The notes: generated by a model from the sequence alone, not told the origin. A DNA stretch of 64,000 nucleotides from a phage (GCA_016389475.1 GCA_016389475.1_3042.1), one strand, 5' to 3'; counted from the first letter of the stretch, positions 46,054 through 63,519 are shown. Numbers and translations are program-made.

Positions 46054-49000
46054 CAGTAAAAGCACCTTCAGTCACTAGTCTCAGAATTTCCAAGTTATCC
46101 GCTAATCAGGTGCAAGTACGCTGGGATGACGTTGGTGCTAATTTCTACTACTTTGTAGAAATCGCTGAGACAAAATCAAACTCGGGAAAAAATCTCCCGA
46201 GTAATCAATATCGTTGGATTAATTTAGGATATACAGCAAATAATAGTTTCTTTTTTGATGATGCTGATCCACTGACATCATATGTTATTAGAGTAGCTAC
46301 AGCTGCGCAAGATTTTGAGCAGTCTGATTGGATTTATACCGAAGAGTTTGAAACTTTTGCTACAAATGCTTATACATTTCAAAACATGATTGAAATGCAA
46401 TTAGCCAATAAATTCATTCAGGAAAAATTTACTCTTAATAATTCTGATTATGTTAATTTCAATAATGACACAATAATGGCTGCGTTGATGAATGAATCAT
46501 TTCAGTTCAGCCCATCGTATGCTGATGTCTCATCAATCAGTAATTTTATTATTGGTGAAAACGAGTATCATGAAATACAAGGTTCTATTCAGCAAGTATG
46601 TAAGGATATTAACCGAGTTTATTTGATGGAATCAGAAGGGATTCTATATCTTTTTGAGCGTTATCAACCCGTAGTTAAAGTATCCAATGATAAAGGACAA
46701 ACCTGGAAAGCTGTAAAGCTCTTCAATGACCGTGTAGGATATCCTTTATCTAAGACTGTATATTACCAATCTGCAAACACAACATACGTTCTAGGATACG
46801 ATAAGATTTTCTATGGCCGTAAATCGACTGACGTTAGATGGTCAGCAGATGATGTCAGATTCAGTTCACAGGATATAACATTTGCTAAATTAGGAGACCA
46901 ACTTCATTTAGGATTCGATGTTGAAATCTTCGCTACTTATGCGACTTTACCAGCGAATGTATATCGTATAGCTGAAGCCATTACTTGTACGGATGATTAT
47001 ATCTATGTTGTTGCCAGAGATAAAGTTAGATATATAAAAACGAGTAATGCACCTATAGATTCTGACCCGTTATCACCAACATACTCGGAAAGACTTTTTG
47101 AACCTGATACAATGACTATAACTGGAAATCCTAAAGCTGTATGCTATAAAATGGATTCTATTGGTGATAAAGTTTTTGCTCTTATTATTGGTGAAGTTGA
47201 AACATTAAATGCTAATCCTAGAACATCAAAAATAATTGATTCCGCTGATAAAGGAATATATGTTTTAAATCATGACGAAAAAACATGGAAAAGAGTTTTT
47301 GGTAACACTGAAGAAGAAAGAAGACGTATTCAACCTGGATATGCGAATATGTCAACTGATGGTAAATTAGTTTCTCTGTCTTCGAGTAATTTTAAATTTT
47401 TAAGTGATAACATTGTTAATGACCTTGAAACTGCAGCGAAATATCAGTTAATCGGTGCTGTTAAATATGAATTTCCTCGCGAATGGTTAGCTGATAAACA
47501 TTATCATATGATGGCATTTATAGCAGATGAAAAATCTGATTGGGAAACTTTTACGCCTCAGCCGATGAAATACTATGCAGAACCATTCTTTAACTGGTCT
47601 AAAAAATCTAACACGCGCTGTTGGATAAACAACTCTGATAAAGCTGTTGTAGTTTATGCAGATTTGAAATACACCAAAGTTATTGAAAATATTCCAGAAA
47701 CGTCACCAGATAGATTAGTGCATGAATACTGGGATGATGGCGATTGCACTATAGTAATGCCAAATGTTAAATTCACTGGATTTAAAAAATACGCATCAGG
47801 AATGCTTTTTTATAAATCTTCTGGTGAAATAATTTCTTATTATGATTTTAACTATCGTGTGAGAGATACAGTAGAAATTATTTGGAAGCCGACTGAAGTA
47901 TTTTTAAAAGCATTTTTACAAAACCAAGAGCGTGAAACTCCTTGGTCACCAGAAGAAGAACGTGGATTAGCTGACCCTGATTTAAGACCATTAATTGGCA
48001 CAATGATGCCTGATTCTTATTTGTTACAAGATTCTAATTTTGAGGCATTTTGCGAAGCATATATTCAGTATCTTTCTGATGGATATGGAACTCAGTATAA
48101 CAATTTACGAAATTTAATTCGTAACCAATATCCACGAGAAGAGCATGCGTGGGAATATTTATGGTCAGAAATATATAAAAGAAACATTTATTTAAATGCT
48201 GACAAACGCGATGCAGTTGCAAGATTCTTTGAATCACGTAGTTATGATTTTTATTCTACTAAAGGAATTGAAGCATCATATAAATTTCTTTTTAAAGTTC
48301 TTTATAATGAAGAAGTTGAAATTGAAATTGAATCGGGAGCAGGTACTGAATATGATGTAATCATTCAATCTGATTCTCTTACAGAAGATTTAGTAGGACA
48401 AACTATCTATACTGCAACTGGAAGATGTAATGTTACTTATATAGAAAGAAGTTATTCTAATGGTAAATTGCAATGGACTGTGACTATACATAATCTTTTG
48501 GGGCGGTTAATAGCAGGACAAGAAGTTAAAGCAGAAAGACTTCCGGGCTTTGAAGGTGAAATTATTCGTGGGGTTAAAGGAAAAGATTTGCTTCAAAATA
48601 ATATAGACTATATTAATAGAAGTAGATCATATTATGTAATGAAAATTAAATCCAATTTACCTTCTTCCCGCTGGAAATCTGACGTTATTCGTTTTGTTCA
48701 CCCAGTAGGATTTGGATTTATAGCAATCACGCTTTTAACTATGTTTATTAATGTCGGTTTAACTCTTAAACACACAGAGACAATAATTAATAAATATAAA
48801 AACTATAAATGGGATTCTGGATTGCCTACTGAATATGCTGATAGAGTAGCTAAATTGACTCCAACTGGTGAAATTGAGCATGATTCGGTAACAGGCGAAG
48901 CAATTTATGAGCCTGGCCCAATGGCTGGTGTAGAATATCCTCTTCCTGATGACTATAATGCTGAAAATAACAATTCAATATTTCAAGGTCAATTGCCGTC

Positions 49001-49148
49001 TGAACGACGTAAATTAATGAGTCCTTTATTTGATGCATCTGGAACAACATTTGCGCAATTTAGAGATTTAGTTAATAAACGTCTAAAAGATAATATAGGA
49101 AATCCAAGAGACCCTGAAAATCCAACACAGGTTAAAATAGATGAATGA
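46050..49148 (+). CDS. 7: gp7 baseplate wedge protein
   Basis: 1032 aa, the T4 gp7 length; gene order. Confidence 0.85.
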   Translation: MTVKAPSVTSLRISKLSANQVQVRWDDVGANFYYFVEIAETKSNSGKNLPSNQYRWINLGYTANNSFFFDDADPLTSYVIRVATAAQDFEQSDWIYTEEFETFATNAYTFQNMIEMQLANKFIQEKFTLNNSDYVNFNNDTIMAALMNESFQFSPSYADVSSISNFIIGENEYHEIQGSIQQVCKDINRVYLMESEGILYLFERYQPVVKVSNDKGQTWKAVKLFNDRVGYPLSKTVYYQSANTTYVLGYDKIFYGRKSTDVRWSADDVRFSSQDITFAKLGDQLHLGFDVEIFATYATLPANVYRIAEAITCTDDYIYVVARDKVRYIKTSNAPIDSDPLSPTYSERLFEPDTMTITGNPKAVCYKMDSIGDKVFALIIGEVETLNANPRTSKIIDSADKGIYVLNHDEKTWKRVFGNTEEERRRIQPGYANMSTDGKLVSLSSSNFKFLSDNIVNDLETAAKYQLIGAVKYEFPREWLADKHYHMMAFIADEKSDWETFTPQPMKYYAEPFFNWSKKSNTRCWINNSDKAVVVYADLKYTKVIENIPETSPDRLVHEYWDDGDCTIVMPNVKFTGFKKYASGMLFYKSSGEIISYYDFNYRVRDTVEIIWKPTEVFLKAFLQNQERETPWSPEEERGLADPDLRPLIGTMMPDSYLLQDSNFEAFCEAYIQYLSDGYGTQYNNLRNLIRNQYPREEHAWEYLWSEIYKRNIYLNADKRDAVARFFESRSYDFYSTKGIEASYKFLFKVLYNEEVEIEIESGAGTEYDVIIQSDSLTEDLVGQTIYTATGRCNVTYIERSYSNGKLQWTVTIHNLLGRLIAGQEVKAERLPGFEGEIIRGVKGKDLLQNNIDYINRSRSYYVMKIKSNLPSSRWKSDVIRFVHPVGFGFIAITLLTMFINVGLTLKHTETIINKYKNYKWDSGLPTEYADRVAKLTPTGEIEHDSVTGEAIYEPGPMAGVEYPLPDDYNAENNNSIFQGQLPSERRKLMSPLFDASGTTFAQFRDLVNKRLKDNIGNPRDPENPTQVKIDE

Positions 49149-50145
49149 TTCAAGTGTTATCTATCGTGCGATAGTTACTTCAAAATTTAGAACAGAAAAA
49201 ATGTTGAATTTTTATAATTCAATTGGAAGTGGTCCGGATAAAAACACTATCTTTATCACATTTGGAAGATCAGAACCGTGGTCATCAAATGAAAATGAGG
49301 TGGGCTTTGCCCCACCTTATCCTACCGATTCTGTATTAGGTGTAACTGACATGTGGACTCATATGATGGGAACAGTAAAAGTTCTTCCATCAATGCTTGA
49401 TGCAGTTATTCCTCGTCGAGATTGGGGAGATACTAGATATCCGGATCCATACACATTTAGAATTAACGATATTGTAGTGTGTAACTCAGCTCCTTACAAC
49501 GCTACTGAATCAGGCGCGGGATGGTTAGTGTATCGCTGTTTAGATGTTCCTGATACTGGAATGTGCTCAATAGCATCTTTAACTAATAAGGATGAATGCC
49601 TTAAGTTAGGTGGAAAATGGACTCCTTCTGCTAGGTCAATGACTCCTCCTGAAGGTCGAGGAGATGCTGAAGGAACAATTGAACCTGGGGATGGATATGT
49701 TTGGGAATATTTATTTGAGATTCCGCCTGATGTATCTATAAATAGATGTACGAATGAATACATCGTGGTTCCTTGGCCTGAGGAATTAAAAGAAGACCCG
49801 ACTAGATGGGGGTATGAAGATAATCTCACTTGGCAACAAGATGATTTTGGATTAATTTACCGTGTTAAGGCAAATACTATCCGTTTTAAAGCATATTTAG
49901 ATTCAGTTTATTTTCCTGAAGCTGCATTGCCGGGAAATAAAGGATTTAGACAAATATCAATAATTACGAATCCTCTTGAAGCTAAAGCTCATCCAAATGA
50001 CCCAAATGTTAAAGCTGAAAAGGATTATTATGATCCGGAAGATTTAATGAGGCATTCGGGCGAAATGATTTATATGGAAAATAGGCCACCTATTATTATG
50101 GCAATGGATCAGACAGAAGAAATCAATATTCTGTTTACATTTTAA
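49141..50145 (+). CDS. 8: gp8 baseplate wedge protein
   Basis: 334 aa, the T4 gp8 length; followed by hairpin terminator. Confidence 0.85.
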   Translation: MNDSSVIYRAIVTSKFRTEKMLNFYNSIGSGPDKNTIFITFGRSEPWSSNENEVGFAPPYPTDSVLGVTDMWTHMMGTVKVLPSMLDAVIPRRDWGDTRYPDPYTFRINDIVVCNSAPYNATESGAGWLVYRCLDVPDTGMCSIASLTNKDECLKLGGKWTPSARSMTPPEGRGDAEGTIEPGDGYVWEYLFEIPPDVSINRCTNEYIVVPWPEELKEDPTRWGYEDNLTWQQDDFGLIYRVKANTIRFKAYLDSVYFPEAALPGNKGFRQISIITNPLEAKAHPNDPNVKAEKDYYDPEDLMRHSGEMIYMENRPPIIMAMDQTEEINILFTF

Positions 50146-50150
50146 ATTAA

Positions 50151-50177
50151 GGGAGCCCATGGGCTCCCTTTTTCTTT
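50151..50177 (+). terminator. intrinsic terminator after gene 8
   Basis: gggagcc-catg-ggctccc followed by tttttcttt, 6 nt after the gene 8 stop. Confidence 0.7.
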
Positions 50178-50184
50178 ATAAATA
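50177..50184 (+). promoter_or_regulatory. late promoter (TATAAATA) for gene 9
   Basis: Exact TATAAATA 25 nt upstream of the ATG, just after the gene 8 terminator. Confidence 0.65.
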
Positions 50185-50208
50185 CTATAAACTCATAAGG
50201 AAACCGCT

Positions 50209-51075
50209 ATGTTCATTCAAGAACCAAAGAAATTGATTGATACCGGCGAAATTGGTAACGCTTCTACTGGTGATATCTTATTCGACGGTGGTAATAAAAT
50301 TAATAGTGATTTTAACGCAATTTATAACGCGTTTGGCGATCAACGTAAAATGGCAGTAGCAAATGGCACTGGAGCAGATGGTCAAATTATCCATGCTACT
50401 GGATATTATCAAAAACACTCTATTGCAGAGTATGCAACTCCAGTAAAAGTTGGCACTAGGCATGATATTGATACCTCTACTGTAGGTGTTAAAGTTATCA
50501 TTGAAAGAGGCGAACTTGGCGACTGCGTTGAATTTATTAACTCAAATGGATCAATATCAGTTACTAATCCTTTAACGATTCAAGCTATTGATTCAATTAA
50601 AGGCGTTTCAGGTAATTTAGTAGTAACTAGTCCATATAGTAAAGTTACCTTACGTTGTATTTCATCTGATAATTCTACGTCGGTTTGGAATTATTCTATT
50701 GAAAGTATGTTTGGTCAAAAGGAATCACCTGCTGAAGGTACATGGAATATTTCTACATCTGGATCAGTTGACATTCCACTATTTCATCGCACTGAATACA
50801 ATATGGCTAAATTGCTAGTTACGTGCCAATCAGTAGATGGAAGAAAAATTAAAACAGCAGAAATAAATATTCTTGTGGATACTGTTAATTCAGAAGTTAT
50901 TTCTTCTGAGTATGCTGTCATGCGAGTTGGAAATGAAACAGAAGAAGACGAAATCGCTAATATTGCATTTAGTATTAAAGAAAATTACGTAACGGCGACT
51001 ATAAGTTCTTCAACTGTCGGCATGAGAGCAGCAGTTAAAGTTATCGCTACGCAGAAAATCGGGGTGGCTCAATAA
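50209..51075 (+). CDS. 9: gp9 baseplate wedge / long-tail-fibre socket
   Basis: 288 aa; late promoter TATAAATA 50177-50184 upstream. Confidence 0.85.
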   Translation: MFIQEPKKLIDTGEIGNASTGDILFDGGNKINSDFNAIYNAFGDQRKMAVANGTGADGQIIHATGYYQKHSIAEYATPVKVGTRHDIDTSTVGVKVIIERGELGDCVEFINSNGSISVTNPLTIQAIDSIKGVSGNLVVTSPYSKVTLRCISSDNSTSVWNYSIESMFGQKESPAEGTWNISTSGSVDIPLFHRTEYNMAKLLVTCQSVDGRKIKTAEINILVDTVNSEVISSEYAVMRVGNETEEDEIANIAFSIKENYVTATISSSTVGMRAAVKVIATQKIGVAQ

Positions 51076-52880
51076 TGAAACAAAATATTAATATCGGTAA
51101 TGTTGTAGATGATGGTACCGGTGACTACCTGCGTAAAGGTGGTATAAAAATAAATGAAAACTTTGATGAGCTTTATTATGAACTTGGTGATGGTAATGTT
51201 CCATATTCAGCCGGTGCCTGGAAAACTTATAATGCTTCATCTGGGCAAACATTAAAAGCTGAATGGGGAAAATCATACGCTATTAATACTTCGTCTGGAA
51301 GAGTAACACTGCAACTTCCTAAAGGAACTGTTAATGATTATAATAAAGTAATTAGAGCTAGGGATGTATTTGCAACATGGAATGTTAATCCAGTTACTTT
51401 AGTAGCCGCTTCTGGTGATACTATCAAAGGTTCATCGTCATCGGTTGAAATTAACGTTCAATTTAGTGATTTAGAGCTAGTTTATTGCGCTCCGGGTCGT
51501 TGGGAATATGTCAAAAATAAACAAATTGACAAAATTATTAGTTCAGACATTAGCAATGTAGCTCGTAAAGAATTTTTAGTCGAAGTTCAAGGACAAACAG
51601 ACTTTTTAGATATTTTCCGTGGAACTAGTTATAATGTTAATAACATCAGAGTAAAACACCGCGGTAATGAATTGTATTACGGCGATGTTTTTAGCGAAAA
51701 CAGTGACTTTGGCTCTCCAGGGGAAAATGAAGGAGAATTGGTTCCTCTTGATGGATTTAATATTAGATTAAGACAGCCTTGTAATATTGGTGACACTGTT
51801 CAAATTGAAACATTTATGGACGGTGTATCGCAGTGGAGAAGTTCATACACAAGACGTCAAATAAAAGTATTAGATTCAAAATTAACATCAAAAACTTCTT
51901 TGGAAGGAAGTATTTACGTTACTGATTTATCGACAATGAAATCAATTCCATTCTCCGCATTTGGATTAATTCCAGGAGAACCTATTAATCCTAATTCTCT
52001 TGAAGTTCGTTTTAATGGAATTTTACAACAACAAGCTGGAACAGCCGGATATCCTCTGTTTTTATGTGAAGGCGCTAATTCAGATACACAAGAAGGATGT
52101 ATATCTCTTGGTGGTGAATGGAAAGAATCAAACACAGATTATTCTATAGAATATGAAGATGGAAAACCGATCAGTCTTTTATTTGATAGAAAATTTGAAT
52201 CAGGTGATATAATCGTTATAACATGGTTCAATAATGATTTAGGAACTCTTTTGGAAAAAGATGACATCATTGAATTAACTGATGAACGCTATGTTAGCAA
52301 AGGATCATCTACTGAAGTTACTGGTGATGTAGCCTTAACTGATTTTGATAAAATCGGTTGGCCAAATGTTGAAAAAGTTGATTCTTATACTAGAACATAT
52401 AATTCAATATCATCTATTTTCGATAGCATTTATCCTGTAGGTTCAATTTATGAAAATGCTATAAATCCAAATAATCCGGTGACTTATATGGGATTTGGTT
52501 CATGGAAATTATTTGGTAAAGGACAAGTTTTAGTAGGATGGAATGATGATGTTACGGATCCAAACTTTGCTTTAAACAATAATGATTTAGATTCTAGCGG
52601 AAATCCTTCACATACTGCCGGTGGAACAGTTGGAACAACATCAGTGACACTTGAGAACGCAAATCTTCCTGCGACTAAAACTGATGAAAAAGTTTTAATT
52701 GAAGATGAAAACGGATCAGTTATTATTGGAGGTTGCCAATATGACCCAGATGAAACTGGTCCTATATATACAAAATATCGTGAAGACTACGCAACAACAA
52801 ACTCTTCACATACTCCTCCTGCTAATATTAGTAATATTCAACCGTCTATTACTGTATACCGTTGGATAAGGATTGCATAA
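51075..52880 (+). CDS. 10: gp10 baseplate wedge protein
   Basis: 601 aa (T4 about 602); gene order. Confidence 0.85.
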   Translation: MKQNINIGNVVDDGTGDYLRKGGIKINENFDELYYELGDGNVPYSAGAWKTYNASSGQTLKAEWGKSYAINTSSGRVTLQLPKGTVNDYNKVIRARDVFATWNVNPVTLVAASGDTIKGSSSSVEINVQFSDLELVYCAPGRWEYVKNKQIDKIISSDISNVARKEFLVEVQGQTDFLDIFRGTSYNVNNIRVKHRGNELYYGDVFSENSDFGSPGENEGELVPLDGFNIRLRQPCNIGDTVQIETFMDGVSQWRSSYTRRQIKVLDSKLTSKTSLEGSIYVTDLSTMKSIPFSAFGLIPGEPINPNSLEVRFNGILQQQAGTAGYPLFLCEGANSDTQEGCISLGGEWKESNTDYSIEYEDGKPISLLFDRKFESGDIIVITWFNNDLGTLLEKDDIIELTDERYVSKGSSTEVTGDVALTDFDKIGWPNVEKVDSYTRTYNSISSIFDSIYPVGSIYENAINPNNPVTYMGFGSWKLFGKGQVLVGWNDDVTDPNFALNNNDLDSSGNPSHTAGGTVGTTSVTLENANLPATKTDEKVLIEDENGSVIIGGCQYDPDETGPIYTKYREDYATTNSSHTPPANISNIQPSITVYRWIRIA

Positions 52881-53539
52881 TGAGTTTACTTAATAATAAA
52901 GCGGGAGTTATTTCCCGCTTAGCAGATTTTCTTGGTTTTAGAACTAAGAAAAATGATATTTCGGTTATGAATAATCAGCCAGTAGGTGCTGTAACAATTT
53001 CACAAATAGCAAAAGGTTTTTATGACCCAAATGTAGAATCTGCTATCAATGATGTTAGAAATATGGCAGAGCAACAGGTTGGAGCTGTATTAGTTAATAT
53101 AAGTGGCGTATCTCCTACTGGCGTGCAGCAAACAGACTATTGGTCATTTGAAGGAACTGTTACTGATACTTCAGCCAAACCAGGTGACCCAGTTATTGTT
53201 AATATGTTTGGCATTCCTGTTAAAGCTACTAATGGAATGACTTCAATCGAATTTACCAGTGCCGTTAGAACAGCTCTGCAGGAAATGGTTGCAAAATTTA
53301 TTGCAATTGATTCATTTGAAGACCATCCTACCATAGGAAATAAAATACAAGTTAAGTATTTAGATAACCAAGAACATATCTTAGAACAATACTCTGATAA
53401 AGGAATTACTTTCAAACAGGAAATAATTTCTCCTTCTAAACCTGGATACGGAACTTGGCAATTATTAGGTGCGCAAACTGTTACGCTAGATAGTCACACC
53501 CAACCTACAGTATTTTATTATTTTGAGAGAATAGCATGA
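52880..53539 (+). CDS. 11: gp11 baseplate wedge / short-tail-fibre attachment
   Basis: ATG 52880 overlaps the gene 10 stop (TAATG) giving 219 aa [20 protein letters not shown], as recalled for T4 gp11. Confidence 0.8.
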   Translation: MSLLNNKAGVISRLADFLGFRTKKNDISVMNNQPVGAVTISQIAKGFYDPNVESAINDVRNMAEQQVGAVLVNISGVSPTGVQQTDYWSFEGTVTDTSAKPGDPVIVNMFGIPVKATNGMTSIEFTSAVRTALQEMVAKFIAIDSFEDHPTIGNKIQVKYLDNQEHILEQYSDKGITFKQEIISPSKPGYGTWQLLGAQTVTLDSHTQPTVFYYFERIA

Positions 53540-55086
53540 GTAACAATACATATCAGCACGTATCAAATGAATCAAAATACGTTAAATTCGATCCTGTAGG
53601 ATCGAATTTTCCTGACACTGTCACGACAGTGCAGTCTGCATTATCAAAAATAAGTAATATCGGCGTAAATGGTATTCCTGATGCAACTATGGAAGTTAAA
53701 GGAATAGCAATGATTGCGTCAGAGCAAGAGGTTTTAGATGGAACTAATAATTCTAAAATCGTTACACCAGCTACATTAGCAACAAGATTATTGTATCCAA
53801 ATGCTACTGAAACTAAGTATGGTTTAACGCGCTATTCAACAAATGAAGAAACATTAGAAGGCTCAGATAATAATTCATCAATAACGCCGCAAAAACTGAA
53901 ATACCATACTGACGATGTGTTCCAAAATAGATATTCGTCTGAGTCATCAAACGGGGTTATTAAAATATCATCTACACCTGCAGCTTTAGCTGGTGTAGAT
54001 GATACTACGGCAATGACTCCGCTAAAAACACAAAAACTTGCAATAAAATTAATTTCGCAAATAGCTCCTTCAGAAGACACAGCATCAGAATCTGTTAGAG
54101 GCGTAGTTCAGTTATCAACTGTCGCTCAAACTCGTCAAGGAACTCTCCGCGAAGGATATGCAATTTCTCCGTATACCTTTATGAATTCTGTTGCAACACA
54201 AGAATATAAGGGTGTTATACGTTTAGGAACACAATCGGAAATTAACAGTAATTTGGGAGATGTTGCTGTAACAGGTGAAACATTAAATGGTCGAGGAGCT
54301 ACCGGTTCTATGCGTGGGGTAGTAAAATTAACGACGCAAGCCGGTATTGCCCCTGAAGGTGATAGCTCTGGAGCATTAGCATGGAACGCAGATGTAATTA
54401 ATACTCGCGGTGGACAAACTATTAATGGTTCTTTAAATTTAGATCATTTAACAGCAAATGGAATTTGGTCACGCGGCGGAATGTGGAAAAATGGCGATCA
54501 ACCTGTTGCCACTGAAAGATATGCGTCCGAAAGGGTTCCAGTTGGAACTATTATGATGTTTGCTGGAGATTCAGCTCCTCCTGGTTGGATTATGTGCCAT
54601 GGTGGAACTGTGTCAGGAGATCAATATCCTGATTATAGAAACACAGTTGGAACGAGATTTGGTGGCGATTGGAATAATCCTGGCATTCCTGATATGCGAG
54701 GTCTTTTCGTCAGAGGAGCTGGTACTGGTGGTCATATTTTAAATCAACGAGGGCAAGATGGTTACGGGAAGGATAGACTTGGTGTAGGATGTGACGGAAT
54801 GCATGTTGGCGGGGTTCAAGCACAACAGATGTCATACCATAAACATGCTGGCGGTTGGGGAGAATACCAAAGACATGAAGCTCCATTTGGCGCGTCCGTT
54901 TATCAAGGATATCTTGGAACTAGAAAATATGCCGACTGGGATAATGCTTCATACTTCACTAATGATGGATTTGAATTAGGTGGGCCGAGAGATGCCCTTG
55001 GTACACTTAATCGCGAAGGATTAATTGGTTATGAAACTAGACCATGGAATATATCATTAAACTATATTATTAAAATTCATTACTAA
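53536..55086 (+). CDS. 12: gp12 short tail fibre
   Basis: 516 aa (T4 recalled as 527); gene order between 11 and wac. Confidence 0.8.
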   Translation: MSNNTYQHVSNESKYVKFDPVGSNFPDTVTTVQSALSKISNIGVNGIPDATMEVKGIAMIASEQEVLDGTNNSKIVTPATLATRLLYPNATETKYGLTRYSTNEETLEGSDNNSSITPQKLKYHTDDVFQNRYSSESSNGVIKISSTPAALAGVDDTTAMTPLKTQKLAIKLISQIAPSEDTASESVRGVVQLSTVAQTRQGTLREGYAISPYTFMNSVATQEYKGVIRLGTQSEINSNLGDVAVTGETLNGRGATGSMRGVVKLTTQAGIAPEGDSSGALAWNADVINTRGGQTINGSLNLDHLTANGIWSRGGMWKNGDQPVATERYASERVPVGTIMMFAGDSAPPGWIMCHGGTVSGDQYPDYRNTVGTRFGGDWNNPGIPDMRGLFVRGAGTGGHILNQRGQDGYGKDRLGVGCDGMHVGGVQAQQMSYHKHAGGWGEYQRHEAPFGASVYQGYLGTRKYADWDNASYFTNDGFELGGPRDALGTLNREGLIGYETRPWNISLNYIIKIHY

Positions 55087-55095
55087 GGATTACAA

Positions 55096-56553
55096 ATGAT
55101 TGAATTAAAAGATTTACCTTTTGTTGATAGCGTTCCTGGCGAAGGTCAGGAACGTATTTCATGGATTAAAAATGGTGAAGAAATACTAGGAGCTAGTACT
55201 AAGTATGGAAACGATGGATCAATGAATAGACCAACTGTGTCCGTATTTAAAAATGTTGAGGTTCTTGATGAAAATATAGGAATTCTTAAAACTGCCGTTG
55301 AAACATCACAGGAAGATATTAAAACAATTCAAGGCATTTTGGATGTATCTGGAGATATCGAAGCACTATCACAGATTAGCGTTAATAAAAATGACATATC
55401 AAATTTAAAGACGCTTACGAATGAACACACTGATATATTAAATGGTACAAATACTACGGTTGATAATATTCTTTCTGATATTGGTCCATTTAATTCGCAA
55501 GCAAATTCAGTTTATAGAACGATTAGAAATGATTTGTTATGGATTAAAAGGGAATTAGGACAATATGCTGGGCAAGATATTAATGGTCTTCCTGTTGTAG
55601 GAAATAGCAGCACGGGGATGAAGCACCGTATCATTAATAATACAGATGCTATAACTTCCCAAGGAATACGTCTAAGTGATTTGGAAGAAAAATTTATTGA
55701 ATCTGATGTAGGTTCACTGACAATTGAAGTTGGAAATCTTAGACAAGAACTTGGACAAAGACCATCTTCATTTAGTGAAAGCATATATTCACGTGTGCAT
55801 AATTTAGATCAATCACAGATTAATCTTAGTTCCGAAATTAAATCTATCAAAACTTCTATTGGATATCCAGGAAATACTTCAATAATCACAGATGTCAATG
55901 TCAACAGTCAAGAAATTTCAGCTTTAAATGATGAACTAAATAAAAGTGGCGGCGTTAAACAGCGATTAACTGTTATTGAAACATCGATTGGTTCAGATGA
56001 TATTCCTTCTAGTATTAAAGGTCAAATTAAAGATAATACCACTTCTATTGAATCTTTAAATGGAATTGTAGGTGAAAACACCTCGTCCGGTTTAAGAGCT
56101 AACGTTTCATGGCTAAATCAGATAGTTGGAACTGATTCTAGCGGAGGTCAACCTTCTCCTCCGGGGTCTCTTTTAAATAGAGTTTCAACTGTTGAAACCT
56201 CTGTTAATAGACTTAACAATGATGTTCAAAACTTACAGGTTGAAATTGGTAATAACAATTCCGGAATTAAAGGGCAAGTTGTAACACTAAATAAATTAGT
56301 AAATGGAACAAATCCGAATGGTTCAACTGTCGAAGAACGCGGATTGACTAATTCAATAAAAGCTAATGAGACTAACATTTCTTCAATTAATCAAGAGATT
56401 CGTAGTATTAAAGGTAATGTGTCCTCATTGCAGAGGGATGTCCAGACTTTACAAGAAGCTGGTTATATTCCTGAAGCTCCAAAAGATGGTCAAGCTTACG
56501 TTCGTAAAGACGGCGAATGGGTATTGCTTTCTACCTTTTTATCACCAGCATAA
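55096..56553 (+). CDS. wac: fibritin (whisker/neck protein)
   Basis: 485 aa coiled coil ending in the foldon [27 protein letters not shown]. Confidence 0.85.
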   Translation: MIELKDLPFVDSVPGEGQERISWIKNGEEILGASTKYGNDGSMNRPTVSVFKNVEVLDENIGILKTAVETSQEDIKTIQGILDVSGDIEALSQISVNKNDISNLKTLTNEHTDILNGTNTTVDNILSDIGPFNSQANSVYRTIRNDLLWIKRELGQYAGQDINGLPVVGNSSTGMKHRIINNTDAITSQGIRLSDLEEKFIESDVGSLTIEVGNLRQELGQRPSSFSESIYSRVHNLDQSQINLSSEIKSIKTSIGYPGNTSIITDVNVNSQEISALNDELNKSGGVKQRLTVIETSIGSDDIPSSIKGQIKDNTTSIESLNGIVGENTSSGLRANVSWLNQIVGTDSSGGQPSPPGSLLNRVSTVETSVNRLNNDVQNLQVEIGNNNSGIKGQVVTLNKLVNGTNPNGSTVEERGLTNSIKANETNISSINQEIRSIKGNVSSLQRDVQTLQEAGYIPEAPKDGQAYVRKDGEWVLLSTFLSPA

Positions 56554-56556
56554 CAT

Positions 56557-56572
56557 GGGGCCGCAAGGCCCT
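56557..56572 (+). terminator. GNRA tetraloop hairpin after wac
   Basis: gggcc-gcaa-ggccc, 4 nt after the wac stop; weak U-tract. Confidence 0.45.
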
Positions 56573-56584
56573 AAAGGATTTTAA

Positions 56585-58286
<1,702 letters not shown>

Positions 58287-58327
58287 TAAATATTATAAAC
58301 TAATTAAAGCCCAGATTAGGAGAAATC

Positions 58328-61468
<3,141 letters not shown>

Positions 61469-61496
61469 TATTAAAGCATATTAAAGAGGATTAAAA

Positions 61497-63476
61497 ATGA
61501 CTTTATTATCTCCGGGCATTGAGCTCAAAGAAACTACGGTTCAAAGCACCGTGGTTAATAACTCTACTGGTACAGCAGCTTTGGCCGGTAAATTCCAGTG
61601 GGGTCCTGCTTTTCAGATTAAACAGGTTACAAATGAAGTAGATTTAGTTAATACTTTTGGTCAACCAACCGCTGAAACTGCTGACTATTTTATGTCTGCG
61701 ATGAATTTCTTGCAGTACGGAAATGACTTACGAGTAGTTCGTGCTGTTGATAGAGATACCGCTAAAAACTCATCGCCAATTGCTGGTAATATTGAATACA
61801 CAATTTCTACCCCAGGTAGTAACTATGCAGTTGGAGATAAAATCACGGTCAAATATGTTTCAGATGATATTGAAACTGAAGGTAAAATTACTGAAGTAGA
61901 CGCAGATGGAAAAATTAAGAAAATTAATATTCCTACTGCAAAAATTATCGCTAAAGCTAAAGAAGTTGGCGAATACCCAACATTAGGTTCTAATTGGACT
62001 GCAGAAATTTCTTCATCTTCTTCCGGTTTAGCTGCAGTAATAACTCTTGGAAAAATTATTACTGATTCCGGTATTTTATTAGCTGAAATCGAGAGCGCTG
62101 AAACTGCTATGACAGCAGTTAATTTTCAGGAAAATCTTGAAAAATATGGAATTCCAGGAGTAGTAGCTCTCTATCCAGGCGAATTAGGCGATAAAATTGA
62201 AATTGAAATCGTATCTAAAGCTGACTATGCGAAAGGCGCTTCTGCATTACTCCCAATTTATCCTGGCGGTGGTACTCGCGCATCTACTGCTAAAGCAGTG
62301 TTTGGATATGGACCACAAACTGATTCACAGTACGCTATTATAGTTCGTCGTAATGATGCTATTGTTCAAAGCGTTGTTCTTTCAACTAAGCGTGGTGAAA
62401 AAGATATTTACGATAGTAACATCTATATCGATGACTTTTTCGCAAAAGGCGGCTCAGAATATATTTTTGCAACTGCACAAAACTGGCCAGAAGGCTTCTC
62501 TGGAATTTTAACTCTGTCTGGTGGATTATCATCAAATGCTGAAGTAACAGCAGGAGATTTGATGGAAGCTTGGGACTTCTTTGCTGACCGTGAATCTGTT
62601 GACGTTCAACTGTTTATTGCGGGTTCTTGTGCCGGTGAATCTCTAGAAACAGCATCTACTGTCCAAAAACACGTCGTTTCAATTGGGGATGCTCGCCAAG
62701 ATTGCTTAGTATTGTGCTCACCACCACGTGAAACTGTAGTTGGAATTCCTGTAACTCGTGCAGTAGATAATTTAGTTAACTGGAGAACTGCAGCAGGTTC
62801 ATACACTGATAATAACTTTAATATCAGTTCAACCTATGCAGCAATCGATGGCAACTACAAATATCAGTATGACAAATATAATGATGTGAATCGTTGGGTT
62901 CCATTAGCAGCTGATATTGCTGGTTTATGCGCGAGAACCGATAACGTTTCTCAGACTTGGATGTCTCCAGCTGGTTATAATCGTGGCCAGATTCTTAACG
63001 TTATTAAACTTGCTATTGAAACTCGCCAGGCTCAGCGCGACCGTTTATACCAAGAAGCTATCAACCCGGTAACTGGTACAGGTGGTGATGGTTACGTATT
63101 GTATGGTGATAAAACAGCTACTTCTGTTCCTTCTCCATTTGATCGTATTAACGTTCGTCGTCTGTTTAATATGTTGAAAACGAATATCGGACGTAGTTCA
63201 AAATATCGTTTGTTCGAATTAAACAATGCGTTTACTCGTTCATCATTCCGCACGGAAACTGCCCAGTACTTACAGGGAATTAAAGCTCTCGGTGGAATTT
63301 ATGAATATCGTGTAGTTTGCGATACAACAAATAACACTCCGTCAGTAATTGATAGAAATGAGTTTGTTGCAACATTCTACATCCAACCGGCTAGAAGCAT
63401 TAACTACATTACCTTAAACTTCGTAGCAACTGCTACCGGTGCAGATTTCGATGAGTTAACTGGTCTTGCAGGTTAA
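61497..63476 (+). CDS. 18: tail sheath protein
   Basis: 659 aa, the T4 gp18 length; late promoter 61461-61468; terminator downstream. Confidence 0.9.
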   Translation: MTLLSPGIELKETTVQSTVVNNSTGTAALAGKFQWGPAFQIKQVTNEVDLVNTFGQPTAETADYFMSAMNFLQYGNDLRVVRAVDRDTAKNSSPIAGNIEYTISTPGSNYAVGDKITVKYVSDDIETEGKITEVDADGKIKKINIPTAKIIAKAKEVGEYPTLGSNWTAEISSSSSGLAAVITLGKIITDSGILLAEIESAETAMTAVNFQENLEKYGIPGVVALYPGELGDKIEIEIVSKADYAKGASALLPIYPGGGTRASTAKAVFGYGPQTDSQYAIIVRRNDAIVQSVVLSTKRGEKDIYDSNIYIDDFFAKGGSEYIFATAQNWPEGFSGILTLSGGLSSNAEVTAGDLMEAWDFFADRESVDVQLFIAGSCAGESLETASTVQKHVVSIGDARQDCLVLCSPPRETVVGIPVTRAVDNLVNWRTAAGSYTDNNFNISSTYAAIDGNYKYQYDKYNDVNRWVPLAADIAGLCARTDNVSQTWMSPAGYNRGQILNVIKLAIETRQAQRDRLYQEAINPVTGTGGDGYVLYGDKTATSVPSPFDRINVRRLFNMLKTNIGRSSKYRLFELNNAFTRSSFRTETAQYLQGIKALGGIYEYRVVCDTTNNTPSVIDRNEFVATFYIQPARSINYITLNFVATATGADFDELTGLAG

Positions 63477-63492
63477 TACGGTGCATTCTAAA

Positions 63493-63510
63493 GGCCTGTT
63501 TCGGCAGGCC
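63493..63510 (+). terminator. hairpin after gene 18
   Basis: ggcctg-tttcgg-caggcc, 17 nt after the gene 18 stop; no U-run. Confidence 0.4.
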
Positions 63511-63511
63511 A

Positions 63512-63519
63512 TATAAATA
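63512..63519 (+). promoter_or_regulatory. late promoter (TATAAATA), distal copy upstream of gene 19
   Basis: Exact TATAAATA immediately after the gene 18 terminator hairpin. Confidence 0.55.
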
